From: Chrysomallon squamiferum | Taxonomy: Eukaryota; Animalia; Mollusca | NCBI GenBank assembly: GCA_012295275.1 | Contig: CM022679.1 | Span: 26,660,001-26,724,000, forward strand | Direction of reading: 5' to 3' | DNA: 64,000 nucleotides | Shown here: one piece after another, positions 46,873 to 60,412 of the stretch | How positions within the stretch are numbered: the first letter of the stretch is position 1 | Layout: every line of letters starts with the position of its first letter | Position numbers and translations under genes: made by a program | Notes under the pieces: model-generated | What the model saw: only the letters and a program-made list of their open reading frames with translations | Told to the model about the DNA's origin: nothing | The model's database searches: none

Positions 46873-48880
46873 TTACTACTGTTACAACTGCTACTGCTGC
46901 TGCTACTGCTGTTGCTACTGCTGTTGCTTCAATAATATTACAACAACAATAGCAATACTAATCTGAAAAATAAAACTGATCTGCTGAACTAATGATGTAA
47001 AGTTATCTGAGGATCTGAGCTAACTTTCTGAATCACGTTTCCAGTTAACCTCCTTAAATATTCAAAGTAACGTAGTCGCATATTTTAATCTTCATCTTTA
47101 GATAGCTGCCTTTAGGTAGGTAAAGCTATTCATAGAACATAACAGGTATTAAGAGAAATAAATAGTTAAATAAATAAATAAATATGTGTAAAAAAATAAA
47201 AAAATTTAAAAACAACTTTAAAAAAAGGAAGAGAAAAAGCAATAAATAAACAAATAAATAATTAAATAAATAAATAAATAATACACTTAAATATACTTTC
47301 ACCTCTTCCATAATACAACTATTTTTATTCTGTATACTTAAACATTATCTACGCAGCCTGTAACAAAAATAAATATTTAAATAAAAATAAAATAATACCA
47401 TAGTTAACATTCAAAAACTAATTCGTCATACAATATCAAAATACATTCTAATTAAATGTTCACCCCTTATACCATGGACATTTTTTGTTTGTTTGTTTGT
47501 TTGTTTGTTTATCTCTATCTATCTATCTATCTATCTAGCTATCTGTATGTCTGTCTGTCTGTCTGTCCGTCTTTCTGTCTGTTTGTCTGACTATATCTAT
47601 CTATCTGTCTGTCTAGCTGTCTATCTATCTGTCTGTCTGTCTGTCTATCTATATATCTGTCCGTCTGATTAGCTGTCTGTATATCTGTCTACCTATCTGT
47701 CTTTATCTATCTGTCTATATCTATCTATAAATATCTATCTAACTCTCTGTCTATCTGTCTGTCTTTCTATCTTTTTTACTAGTATTTATTATTTCTTTTT
47801 CTTAATACATACTCAAAGTCAGTGAAATTCCGTTATCTAAATAACTGATCTTTACGTGTGTGTGTGTGTGTATGATCGACACAATGCTATTAAAAGTCAT
47901 CAGTTTCTTGCAAAATTATCTAATTCATTATTATAGACAAAGATGTGGGTGAACGGGACAGACTGAAATAGCTTCGTGGAATCGAGTATCATTTTATATC
48001 AACGCCAGAGAATGGATTACGAATCTGACTCACATTTTACTGTGCCTTGTATCATGTTCAGCGTATCAGCTATCAAACTAGGGACCAGTCTTTTATGCTC
48101 CCTGGAATTTGAAATTTGAATTAGGATTAAAGTTTTCTGAAAAGATGAGCAGTGAGACATCGTAATTTGTCATATAAGACAAGAAGAAAAAAAAATATAT
48201 AATAATTATGATGATGAAAGACGTGTCAGAAAGTAAGGCAGTTAGTACGATTTCCTTAAATGACATTCGTTTTTGTTGTTAACACTTGTGTTATCAGTAT
48301 TAACCTGAATGTCATCGTAATCATCGTCAACTCTGTTGCCAGTATCACCATCATGTCATTATCATTGTTATTGTCATCATCATAATCATTATTATCATCA
48401 TTAGCAGTTTGAAGTCATATAGTGGTCATCATTAACAATATCGTACCCACCAACAAAATCATACACGCTTCTGTTAATAACATCATACCAGCAATCATCA
48501 CAACCATCCACCTTAACGTAATTCCAACACTCGCATTAACACAATATTCAAACACACATCATTAAAAATATACCAGCAAACCATTCCCAAAATCAATCAT
48601 ATCAGCAATAACCACCAGTGCCACACCACTGTATGATCCAAAAGTCCACCACCAACACACCATACAAACAAACCACCAGGAATTTCTGGACTGTCAAATC
48701 TTTTTTCGTTCAAGATCAATTGTAAATTCCCTGCGATGGCCACTTACAGGTTTATCAAGACATACCGAAAACAAACACATAACATCTGGGAATTTCGGAC
48801 TCTCTAAAGAGCACTTCTCGATTCCCAGTTAGCACTGTTCAATATTCAATTTAATTCTTGTTTTATTTCTATAATTGCAG

Positions 48881-50107
48881 ATGCAGACATCTACACGACC
48901 TCTGGGAGTTTGTACACAGCGAGATGGCATCGTCTTTGCCTGCCGCATTCTCGGAATTATTTTAGAGAAAATCTAATCTTGCGACTGAGGTCTGCACGTT
49001 TCTACACGGCTTGTTTTACGTCGGCCGATGTGACGTGTTGGTTTTCTAGAGTAGACTGAAACAGTTTGTGGTAGAATGACGTAACGTCTTTCACTTTCAC
49101 TTTAGAACGGTCACTGTTATGTGAGTCACTGTTACGACGATACAGCAGAACGTGATTTGACAGTATTGTAAAACGTGATATGACAATATAGTAGAACGTG
49201 ATTTTACAGAATTGTAACACGTGATATGACAGTACCGTAGAACGTAATATGACAGTATAGCAGAACGTGATTTTACAGAATTTTAACACGTGATATGACA
49301 GTACTGAAGAACGTAATATGACAGTGTTATAGAACGTAATATGACAATGTTATAGAACGGCATATGACAAAATATTAAAACATGTTATGACAATATAGTA
49401 GAACAAATTATCGCGTTATTACAAGATAATATGAAAGCCAACAGAACGTAATGTAATATGACAATATATTCCACTATCTTGTGACAATGAAGTAGATCAT
49501 AAAATCGAGTATAACGCGTTTCTGTAGTAGAGCATTTTATGTCAAAACTGTGAACTAGCAGACAGAAAAGACTGTGTTTTAACGTGACCAGGCAGAAAAT
49601 GCTTTAGAATCTGAACAGAACGTCTAGTGAGATAATAGTAGAATATCCTTCTGATAGAAATTCGGACTTATGTTAGTGATTCAGTAGAAAATATTAAAAC
49701 TGGATAGTAGAATGAAAGTTCTCTGTGAAAGTGTTCGTGTTTACATCAGTTAGAACATTTCCAAGATCCAGTTAAAGTTTTTTTTTTTATTAGATCCACG
49801 AGGAGAGACAAAAAAACAACGAACTTCAGACGGATGGATCCAGTTAAAGTTTTTTTCTGAGATCCACAACGACAGACAATAGAACGGACATCAAATGGAT
49901 GGATTCTGTTCCAGCACCAGATATCTCACCGGCGTGTTCTGTTTTTGTTCCCATTCTTCTGTGTCTCACGGATGTAAAAGGATTTACTGTTTCAGTCATA
50001 TATAAGTTTTTTATGATAGGAACTGTGTGTTCGTGTTGGATTACAATCTGTAGCAGAATAGGAATCGTGCGTCTTTCTGTGTGAATCCGCATTCGGAACA
50101 GAAGAAA
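48881..50107 (+). other. Putative long 5' UTR portion of the first coding exon
   Basis: Strong acceptor ttcttgttttatttctataattgcag| at 48880. No microsatellite between it and the ATG. Boundary not provable from sequence; another acceptor candidate lies at 49793. Confidence 0.35.
49140..49470. repeat. 23-bp degenerate minisatellite upstream of the Nmdar2 ATG
   Basis: Unit ~gaacgt(g/a)atatgacagt(a/g)(c/t)t(g/a)ta repeated. Confidence 0.8.
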
Positions 50108-50533
50108 ATGAACCCCAAGTGGATCATTCGCGCTGCGATCATCATCCTCATCCACGTGGTCGTGTTCAGCCAGGGCAAACTCGAGGTCCACTTTCACGCC
50201 CTGATTCCGCACCACTTCGCGTGGGCGGAGGAATTCAAGCGAGCCCTGATTTCCAAGCTGTGGAGTTTCCGCAGGGACAGGCGATACCTCAGCATGTTCC
50301 GCACGTTCCGCGCCAGCACCAACGTCACGTTCCTCAAACAGGACAGCCCCGACGAGATCCTCAACACCTTCTGCGACGTCATCTTTCCCTCGCACACCAC
50401 CGTCATCCTGCACATCAACAACCCGTTGTCCATACGGCGGCGGACGTCGGCGAACAAGTACGTCAACGAGCTGACGGACTATTTCGGAATTCCGCTCATT
50501 TCGTGGGACGCTGAGTTTTCAGGATCAAGTTAC
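50108..50533 (+). CDS. Nmdar2: NMDA receptor subunit 2-like (invertebrate GluN2), coding exon 1: signal peptide and start of amino-terminal domain
   Basis: ATG at 50108 (gaaaATG). 142 codons MNPKWIIRAAIIILIHVVVFSQG...SPDEILNTFCDVIF...TSANKYVNELTDYFGIPLISWDAEFSGSSY, with a hydrophobic signal peptide. Resembles insect NMDAR2 as recalled (SPTAILSTLC...YLGIPVISWNADNSG). GC/CpG-rich against an AT-rich background. Donor GTAAGT at 50534, phase 0. Confidence 0.92.
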
Positions 50534-50924
50534 GTAAGTATAAGTGTGATATACGTTTGTTGTTTTTTGTTAAGGTACGCTTGTTGTGGGTCCGATCATT
50601 ATGTTCACACACGTGACAATTTTGCTAGTGGTGTTATTGTCATTCTGAGCTGCAGAAAACAAGTGATAATGGATGAATTGGTTGAGCTATTTGCTCAGAC
50701 CATGTCAGACACAGTTTTGATTACGTTTTTATAAGTATGTTATGTTGGCATATGAAACTGTATTATTAAGTGATCCCAAAAAAATTTGGAATGGGAAATG
50801 AGCAGTTAGAAATAGAGAAATGCATAACAACAATTATAGTTTTGTTCGGTTTATAGTCTGTTTGTCTGTTTTCTTTTTCTTTTCTTTATTTATTTATCTG
50901 TCTGTCCATCTATCTATCTATCTG

Positions 50925-50983
<59 letters not shown>

Positions 50984-51307
50984 TGTATTATTATTTGTAT
51001 TTGTATTGTATTTGTATAGTTGTTGTTCATTTAATTTTTGTTGTTGTTGTTGTTCAGTTGGGATTCCACTGTGTTTTGTTTTTGTGTTGTTGTTTTTTGT
51101 GGGTTTTTTAGTTTCGTACTTACATTATTTCCTGCTCTGTTCAGTTTTAATTAAGTTTATCTAAATTCAGTTTAGTTAAATTTATTTTAGTCCTTAACGT
51201 GTTCATTTCAGTTTTTATTCAATTATTCTTAGTCCAAGTTTTTTCAGTTCTTTTTGTCTCAGTTTAGATCATTTAATTTCGGTTAAATTTTTGCCAAATT
51301 AGCATGT

Positions 51308-52620
51308 AACGCAAGAAACAAGATCTGTATTCTGTTTCTAGTTATAAATATTTACCAGTTAACTGAAGAAACAAGATCTGTATTCTGTGTCTAGTTATAA
51401 ATATTTACCAGTTAACTGAAGAAACAATATCTGTATTCTATATCTAGTTATAAATATTTACCAGTTAACGCAAGAAACAAGATCTGTATTCTGTTTCTAG
51501 TTATAAATATTTACCAGTTAACTGAAGAAACAAGATCTGTATTCTGTGTCTAGTTATAAATATTTACCATTTAACTGAAGAAACAATATCTGTATTCTAT
51601 ATCTAGTTATAAATATTTACCAGTTAACGCAAGAAACAAGATCTGTATTCTGTTTCTAGTTATAAATATTTACCAGTTAACTGAAGAAACAAGATCTGTA
51701 TTCTGTGTCTAGTTATAAATATTTACCAGTTAACTGAAGAAACAAGATCAATATTCTGTATCTAGTTATAAATATTTACCAGTTAACTGAAGAAACAAGA
51801 TCTGTATTCTATATCTAGTTATAAATATTTACCAGTTAACTGAAGAAAGAAGATCTGTATTCTACATCTAGTTATAAATATTTACCAGTTAACTGAAGAA
51901 ACAAGATCAATATTCTGTTTCTAGTTATAAATATTTACTCAGTTAACTGAAGAAACAAGATCTATATTCTGTATCTAGTTATAAATATTTACCAGTTAAT
52001 TGAAGAAACAAGATCTGTATTCTATATCTAGTTATACATATTTACCAGTTAACTGAAGAAACAAGATCTGTATTCTGTGTCTAGTTATACATATTTACCA
52101 GTTAACTGAAGAAACAAGATCTGTATTCTATATCTAGTTATAAATATTTACCAGTTAACTGAAGAAACAAGATCTGTATTCTGTGTCTAGTTATAAATAT
52201 TTACCAGTTAACTGAAGAAACAAGATCTGTATTCTATATCTAGTTATAAATATTTACCAGTTAACTGAAGAAACAAGATCTGTATTCTGTATCTAGTTAT
52301 AAATATTTACCAGTTAACTGAAGAAACAAGATCTGTATTCTGTATCTAGTTATAAATATTTACCAGTTAACTGAAGAAACAAGATCAATTTTCTGTGTCT
52401 AGTTATAAATATTTACTCAGTTAACTGAAGAAACAAGATCAATATTCTGTGTCTAGTTATAAATATTTACTCAGATAACTGAAGAAACAAGATCAATATT
52501 CTGTATCTACTTATAAATATTTACTCAGTTAACTGAAGAAACAAGACCTATATTCTGTATCTGTTTATAAATATTTACCCAGTTAGCAAGGAACTGAAGA
52601 ATTAAGATATGTATTCTGAA
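51308..52620. repeat. 53-bp minisatellite (array B) in Nmdar2 intron 1
   Basis: Unit gaagaaacaagatctgtattctgt(g/a/t)tctagttataaatatttaccagttaact; ~24 near-identical copies with no spacers. Confidence 0.97.
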
Positions 52621-53202
52621 ACTTGTTTTAAGCTAAATCTTGTATACATATATAGCCACTTTGATACTTATTACAATAATAGTGAAACATTTTGAATATT
52701 CAAGTATATATGCCATGGACCAACAATCTGAGAACCCGTATTGTCTGTCTAGGACTGGGCTAGTGTATGATATAATTAAAATGTATACAAATGAAAGTGT
52801 ATAGTGGTTTTAAATGTTCTTAGTTATTTCTTATCAGTACCCGGGTTGCGATACCAATATCTATCAGTCTTAATGACAATATCTTAACCACACTAAGTGA
52901 TCTTTGTTCCTTTAACATTTAAACAGTAATAAGTTAGAGATTTTCTTTTCTTTATTTATTTTATGTTAAGATAGTTAATCCGCTTATCAAAGATAATTCT
53001 GTGCACTTAATTAAGGGATTAAGCTGCATATTGGTGGTATTCAGGTGGCACGCAACTATTAATCTTGTTTTTACTATAAACTTCGTATTGACTCCATTCC
53101 TATCTCCACAGCATGTGCAATTACAAATGTGTGCCTAGATGAATATAAAAATCATGATATGTTAGCTTGAAATTCTCTTTCTCGCTTTAACTTTCTCGTT
53201 TC

Positions 53203-53366
<164 letters not shown>

Positions 53367-53550
53367 ATATATATCAGTCTCTTTGTCTCTCTGCATGTCT
53401 CTTTTCTATTTTTCTTACTCTCTCTCCATCTTTCTCTCGATCTAAGCCAGTTATCATCTCTTTCTCTTTAAAACACAAACACAGACACACAAACAAACAG
53501 ACACAAACACAGACACAGAGATACAGTCACAAACACAAACACAAACACAC

Positions 53551-53586
<36 letters not shown>

Positions 53587-54651
53587 TTGTTTTTCTCGCT
53601 TTCTGCAATCTAAACCAGACAGAAACTAGAGACTCCATGATATATTATCAGCTTTCTTCAGACTGATGTTAAGAGATCAAGAAAAACAAATTTATTATTA
53701 TTATTATAAACAGAAAAAAAGGTTCGGAGCCAAAAATCCAGAATAAAATAGTTTAATATTCTTTTAAAATCATGCCAGATCAAAGGATTCAAAACAGAAG
53801 AAAAAAAAAATAATAATAAAAAAATGAAAGGATATGTACGGTTGTAGCAATCAACAATTGCCTTTTCCATTTGGAAATAAATAAATAAAGTAAATAAAGT
53901 TTCTTCTGAAGCATTTATGTTTGCTACATATGGATTTCCTGCAATAAATATATACAGTAATGCAAAATTCTGTTGTTAGTTTTTTTTTTTAATACTGATC
54001 TGTAAATAATTTTTATTTTTTTTTTTTTTTTGTTCCTTTGACACAAAATACAATCATTTACAAGAAAGCTTGCTACTATTACTGTGAAATGACTTTACTC
54101 TCTCTCTCTCTCTAGTGTAACGAACGGAAAAAACTACTGGAATCAAATTACGCACTCGTAAATTAATTACGATTCATCGTAACACGTTGCGAGTCTATTC
54201 TGAGGACCGTGCTGTACAAACGTGTGTGTAATTTGTTTTGTTAAGACGTTAGCACAATCGGAAAATACAATGAAAATAGAATACTCACGTTCAGAAACAC
54301 GTAATTAGATTAATTTTCTAATACGGTTGTTTCTGTTTAATTTTCTGTACGAATTATTGTAAAAAGTCTGTTAACCAAGCAGTCTGTTCGTTTTGTCTGT
54401 CTGTTTATCTGTTCGTGTGTCTGTCTGTCTGTATACATCTCTCTCTATTTCGATCTGTTTATATTTTTTTCCATTTCTTCTTCCTCATCTTTTTTTTTTC
54501 TGTTTTCTTTTCTTTCTTTCCTTTTTTTTTATTAATTTATTATAATTTTTGCTGTTCTGTGAAATGCAACACAAAGTACATAATTACTTAATTTCATTTA
54601 CTATTCAAATTCTTTCTTCTTCTTTGCTTTCAATCACCTTTTTCTTCTTCT

Positions 54652-54692
<41 letters not shown>

Positions 54693-56806
54693 TTTCTTCA
54701 TTTGATTTTCCCACTTTTTTTTTTAGAAAAAAAATTTGTATCCATTTTTTTTTCTCCATCTTGGTAAACTTTAAAAAATGTCTTCTTTTCTGATAAAATA
54801 AAATAAGTAACGGAGTACGTAATTTGATAGTTTCTTCGTTAAAATCAAATAATTTGTCAGGCAGGATAGATTCAGTCTACTTTGAATTTTCACAGACACA
54901 ATACACTTCACAATACAAGATTTGTGGATGGATGAGTGAATCAAAAATAAATGCATGAAATAGTTAAAGAAACAATAAATGAATGAATGAAGTTAACTGA
55001 ACAACTAAACAAATGCAGGGATGATTGAATGACAGGCTGAGTGAGTAAACGAATGAATGAATTAAAGGAAGTAAGGAAAGGAAGGAAGGAATGAGTGCAT
55101 GAATGAAGAAAGGACGAATGAATATTTGAATAAAATCAGATTTTTTTTTTTAAATTTAACACTTAGCAATGAATATACTTGTAACCGTGAGCAATGAGTT
55201 TCTGAGTTAATGATGAATGAACGAACGAACGAACGAACGAATACCTTTTCATTAATTAAACATGAATAATTCGGTCTGTAATCAGTGAGTAAAAATGAAC
55301 GAACAAATAAACAAGTAAATGAATGAATGAACGAATGAATCATCTGACTGATGAACAAGATTTAATACTTATTTAATGACAATTCAGCACATTGTAATAT
55401 TACATGGCCGTAACTATACGTGAGGCAAATGCCTCATATCGAAATTAACGAATTTGTTTTAATTTATTTATTTTATTTTATACAAAGGTTTTATTTTAAA
55501 AATATAAAATATAAATGGCTATAATCGAGGATTTTGCATCTTTCAAGTCGTAGCTACCCCCCCCACCAATTTTCTTTTTTTTTGCTCCGATTCATTCGAC
55601 GATTAAGTGTCTTTGTCTCATTTCAAAAACAGTCTAGTTAAGGCCATGTATTATCAATTTTGAGATAGCAAATAATGATAAGAGATCCACAGTAAAGACT
55701 ACTATTATCATTTTAAGATATACGTCGACTGTAAGTGAAGTAATCTAATAGAAATATGAAGAAGCAGAATTGATTATATGATTCATAATAACAAAATCAA
55801 ACAGAACATCAATAATAATAACAACAACAACAACAACAACAATAATAGTAGTATAATAATAATAATAATAATAATAATACGATCAACAGGAATAATATCA
55901 ATACCAATAGCAAACAAGAATAATAATATATACATAGAGTCAGAGCTAAGCAGAATGACAGAGAAAGAGATAAACTGAACAACTGATTGTACTATACTCA
56001 AATGAATATGATTCAGAAGCCATTCTTTATAAATAAATTAATAAAAAAAAAAAAAAAAATTAAAAAAAAGACTTGACACGTCGCTAATCATTTTTGCTTG
56101 TGATTAATAAGCTGCAGTCACTTTATTTCACTTTAGCTCCTTCAGTTGCAAAAAGAGTTCATCTCAGGGGACATAACTCATTCTCGTCACGCACTTTTAA
56201 CTCAGAATGTATTGCCCATTGGAAATAACACTTGATATTGTATATTTATAGTTCTACACATCTTTTGTCACTGGAGTAATGAATATTGCTGATGTGTTTA
56301 AAATACTATTATGTATAAAATAGGAATTCATTGTTATTTTGAAAGCGAAAGATATTATGGTGATAGATGTTTGACCCCAGCCGAAGAGAATAACAGACGG
56401 AAAGAAAATGAAGAGTTTGGTTCCAAAACGCTATAAATCCATTTTAGTTTGTTTTGAGAAAAAATGACTATTTCTGCTCTGGAGTTTATTGTGTTATGCA
56501 ACGAAGGTCTACAGTCTACTGCGTAGATCAGTTTTGGATATAGAATTTTGGGGAAAATGATTATGGGGCGTCATATGCTGGACTTTTGGTGGATTTTTTT
56601 TTTTTTTTTTTAAATTTTGATTTGGTGGTGTTTATCGCGTTTTGGAATTAAAGTCTTCAAATATTTAAATGTCTTTCTGTTTGGGGTTTTTCAGGTGTTT
56701 TTTTTTTTTTTGTTTGCTTGTTTGTTTGTTGTTCTCGTTGCTTCTTTTTTTTTGGTGTTGTTGATTTAATTATTATTATTACTATTATTATTATTATTAT
56801 TATTAT

Positions 56807-56852
<46 letters not shown>

Positions 56853-56961
56853 ATTTTTTTGTAGTACATTTAATTTAATTTGTACCTACGTATGAAAGTA
56901 ATATTTTAAGTATGGCATAAATCTGTAATAACAATAAACTTGACAATCTCTCATTTCTGTT

Positions 56962-57312
<351 letters not shown>

Positions 57313-57646
57313 CGCTGTGTATTTCTTTCTCTGTCTATCTATCTATACACACAAACACACATGCACACGCACATACATACGTATACAATATTGTAAAGTG
57401 TGGAAGTGGTACTTACTTAAAAACAGTGTTTCTCATTTGTTTTGCTGCTGTTGTTTGAAAGTAATTAGTGATGCGAAGAGATAATTAACCTCTGCCTCCG
57501 TCCTCCTCCTCCTTTCTCTCTCTCACTCTCTCACTCTCTCTCTCTATCACTCTCTCTCTCTCTCTCTCTCACTCTTTCTCTCACTCTCTTTCTCACCTCT
57601 CTCTCTGTCTATCTCTCTCTATCTCTCTATCTCACTCTCTCTCTTT

Positions 57647-57692
<46 letters not shown>

Positions 57693-57889
57693 ATTCTCTC
57701 TCTCTTTCTCTCTCTCATCTCTCTCTCTCTCTCTCACTCTCTCTCTCTCTCTCTCATTCTCTCTCCCTCTCTCTCTTTCTCTCTCAGTCTCTCTCTCACG
57801 CTCTTCTCTCTTTCTCACTTTTCTCTTTCTCTCACTCTGTCTCTCTCCCAGTCTCTCTCTCACGCTCTCTCCCCATCTCTCTCTCTCCC

Positions 57890-57921
<32 letters not shown>

Positions 57922-58969
57922 TTTTTCTCTCTCTCTCTTCTCTCTCTCTCTCCCTCTCACACTCTCTCTCTCACTCTCTCTCACTCACTCTCTATCTGAC
58001 TCAATGTCTATATCTCTCTTTCGCTCTCTCTCTCTCTTTCTTTCAGTGTATTTAATTGTCGATTCATCAACTCTCTTGGAAAACCTCGATCTCATAAAAC
58101 ATAATTATAATCTTATATAAATTCTCAATGGAGGCACATATAAGATACAAAAAAAAACTAACTTTTTTAAGCAGCTAGGATTTCTAGACTGTCAAAATCT
58201 TTTGCCCTCTGGGTATCGAAATAGCCCCATTCTAAACAATGTCACTTCAGTAGGCTTGCCACAGAACGCAATACAACGTTATCTTTAAGTCGTATTCAAA
58301 TTCCCAAGACGCAAAAACGGTATAAATTTTTTTATTCAGAATCAAGGAGTCTTTGTAAACCAGTGCTACGAATCAAAACGAAATTAACTCTGACGCGGAA
58401 ATCAGTATACCTGGCAAATTAGTTTGCGCAATCGATCATCTCAGATGCTCATGACTTTTAACCGTCGACTCTGATTTAAAAATAAACCACATCATCTACA
58501 GTCTGGATGAACACCACGAAATTATATTTATCTGCCAAGTTCATTTGTTACGTAACCTTAATCTCTTGTCCTTTTGCCAAATAGGTGTTTAGGAGGCGCG
58601 TTTTTGAAGAGACCGTGTTTGGATGTAACGCAGATTTTTCAGCGCTTGCGTTTTACCATTGATGGCCTTCTGAAATCTTGTTCCATAATATAGCGTTCCT
58701 GCCATGCCTAAATTGGAACCTCGTTCGTTGATTCTATTTTACCGTTTCTGGTAAATATATCATCGTTATGGTCATCAAGTTTTGAATTATGGAACGATTT
58801 TATAGCACGGTTTGCTCAACATTAATCGAAAAACTATTTCAGTCATGATTTAAACAGCAATGAAAAAATGCACAAATTTGTCACCAGTTGATGCCATTAT
58901 TTCATTTAGAGGTATTTACAGCAGCAAATAAAATAAACGTTTCTTACCCAGTGGTAAATCTCCTAAAAT

Positions 58970-59073
<104 letters not shown>

Positions 59074-59296
59074 TTCGCTCTTTGTATTTATCTCTCTTTT
59101 GCTTCTCTCTTTCTTCCTATTTTTGTTTTTGTATTTCTTTTAATTCATTTTTTCTTTGTCTCCTATTATTATTATTATTATTATTATTATCGTTGTTGTC
59201 GTCGTCGTTACTGTTGTTATTGTTATCACTTGTACTGTTTTTATTATTATTAATATTAAGTTATTGTTATTGTAGTAGTAATAGTAGTAGTAATTG

Positions 59297-59358
<62 letters not shown>

Positions 59359-59369
59359 TATTCCCTCAG

Positions 59370-59584
59370 ACATTACAGGAATCGAGGACATTACAAATAG
59401 CTCCCACAATTCAACACGTGTCGTCTGCCATGCTACAGCTACTACGACGCTATAACTGGACAGACTTTGCCATCGTCACGACCACAGTTGCGGGACATCA
59501 AGATTTCATAGCGTCTATCAGAGACAAAGTAGAAAAAAGCCAGGAGTCACCAAAGTACACGCCAGAAGGTCTTTCAAAAATAAG
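59370..59584 (+). CDS. Nmdar2: Nmdar2-like coding exon 2
   Basis: Acceptor ttccctcag| at 59369, phase 0. TLQESRTLQIAPTIQHVSSAMLQLLRRYNWTDFAIVTTTVAGHQDFIASIRDKVEKSQESPK(YTPEGLSKI) matches the GluN2 ATD motif LQLAPSIEHQ..AML.IL.RY.W..F.VVT....GH.DF. Donor AAG|GTACAT at 59585, or alternative AAA|GTACAC at 59555; both phase 2. Confidence 0.92.
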
Positions 59585-60295
59585 GTACATAACTCTAAAA
59601 CAAAACCCAGCCATTAACCATTGTTTGCCAGACAAGGTAAATTTGAGTCAGTAATCAATCAGTGCTCTAGTTACATGTCCAAGTTTAAATAAAATAAAAT
59701 AGATAAGAGCTTAGATGCAGACAGGTATAATAGGTAGGTAGGTAAGCAGATATTAAACAGCTGAAAGATACAATGACAGATTGGTAGATAGAAAGAAAGA
59801 CAGACAAACAGACAGAGGTACAGATGGACGAAGGTTGACAGACAGAGACAGACACACAAACAGAAAGAGTAACAGACGGACATTATCTTGAACTGTTCCT
59901 TGTTGTTACTTTTTTTTTTTTTTTTTTTTTTTCCTTTTCCTCTATTCTTTCTTTTTTCATTATTATTTTTTATTTTTATTATTATTATTATTATCATTAT
60001 TATTATCATTATTATTTTTTTATTTAAAATTGTGCTTTATCGATCTGTTTAAAAAACAACAAAAGCATTTTGACTGTTTCTTTACTTCTTCTTCTTCTTC
60101 TTCTTCATCATCATCATCATCATCATCATTATTATTATTATTACTACCTTTATTATTATTCAGATCTAAATAGAACATGTTCTAATCTGCGCAACACTTT
60201 CACACTACAACTGTTCTGTCGATTAGCTTTCTGAAAACATTGAGACAAGGACGAGGATACGTTTTAACTCCTACTTCATTTTGTATTTCTTGCAG

Positions 60296-60412
60296 GTTCA
60301 AGATTTTGAACGAGCTCGTTTTGAGGGATCCGAAGAACCAGACGAGGTCTATGAGAGAAATGAATGAACTGATTATTTCCAACGCGCGAGTGATACTGCT
60401 TCACTCAAGTGG
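60296..60412 (+). CDS. Nmdar2: Nmdar2-like coding exon 3 (absent from the ORF track)
   Basis: Acceptor tttgtatttcttgcag| at 60295. Reads FKILNELVLRDPKNQTRSMREMNELIISNARVILLHSS(G), containing the ATD ARV.LL strand. Donor GG|GTAGGT at 60413, phase 2, compatible with both neighbours. Confidence 0.9.

Noticed and set aside
49844-50514. 189-aa and 90-aa antisense ORFs and a 131-aa alternative-frame ORF over exon 1
   Set aside because: Shadow ORFs expected from GC3-rich coding sequence; no independent motifs.
50534-50734. C-terminal part of the 217-aa ORF
   Set aside because: Read-through past the GTAAGT donor; similarity and codon bias stop at 50533.
51308-52620. Regular array resembling a CRISPR locus (also the arrays at 7998 and 41527)
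   Set aside because: Head-to-tail monomers with no unique spacers, no cas genes, and a eukaryotic intron context.
59082-59369. N-terminal poly-L/poly-Y part of the 190-aa ORF
   Set aside because: Intronic (ATT)n microsatellite upstream of the exon 2 acceptor.
59565-59575. Third donor-like site AAG|GTCTTT in exon 2
   Set aside because: Phase 1, so it would frameshift exon 3; weak consensus.
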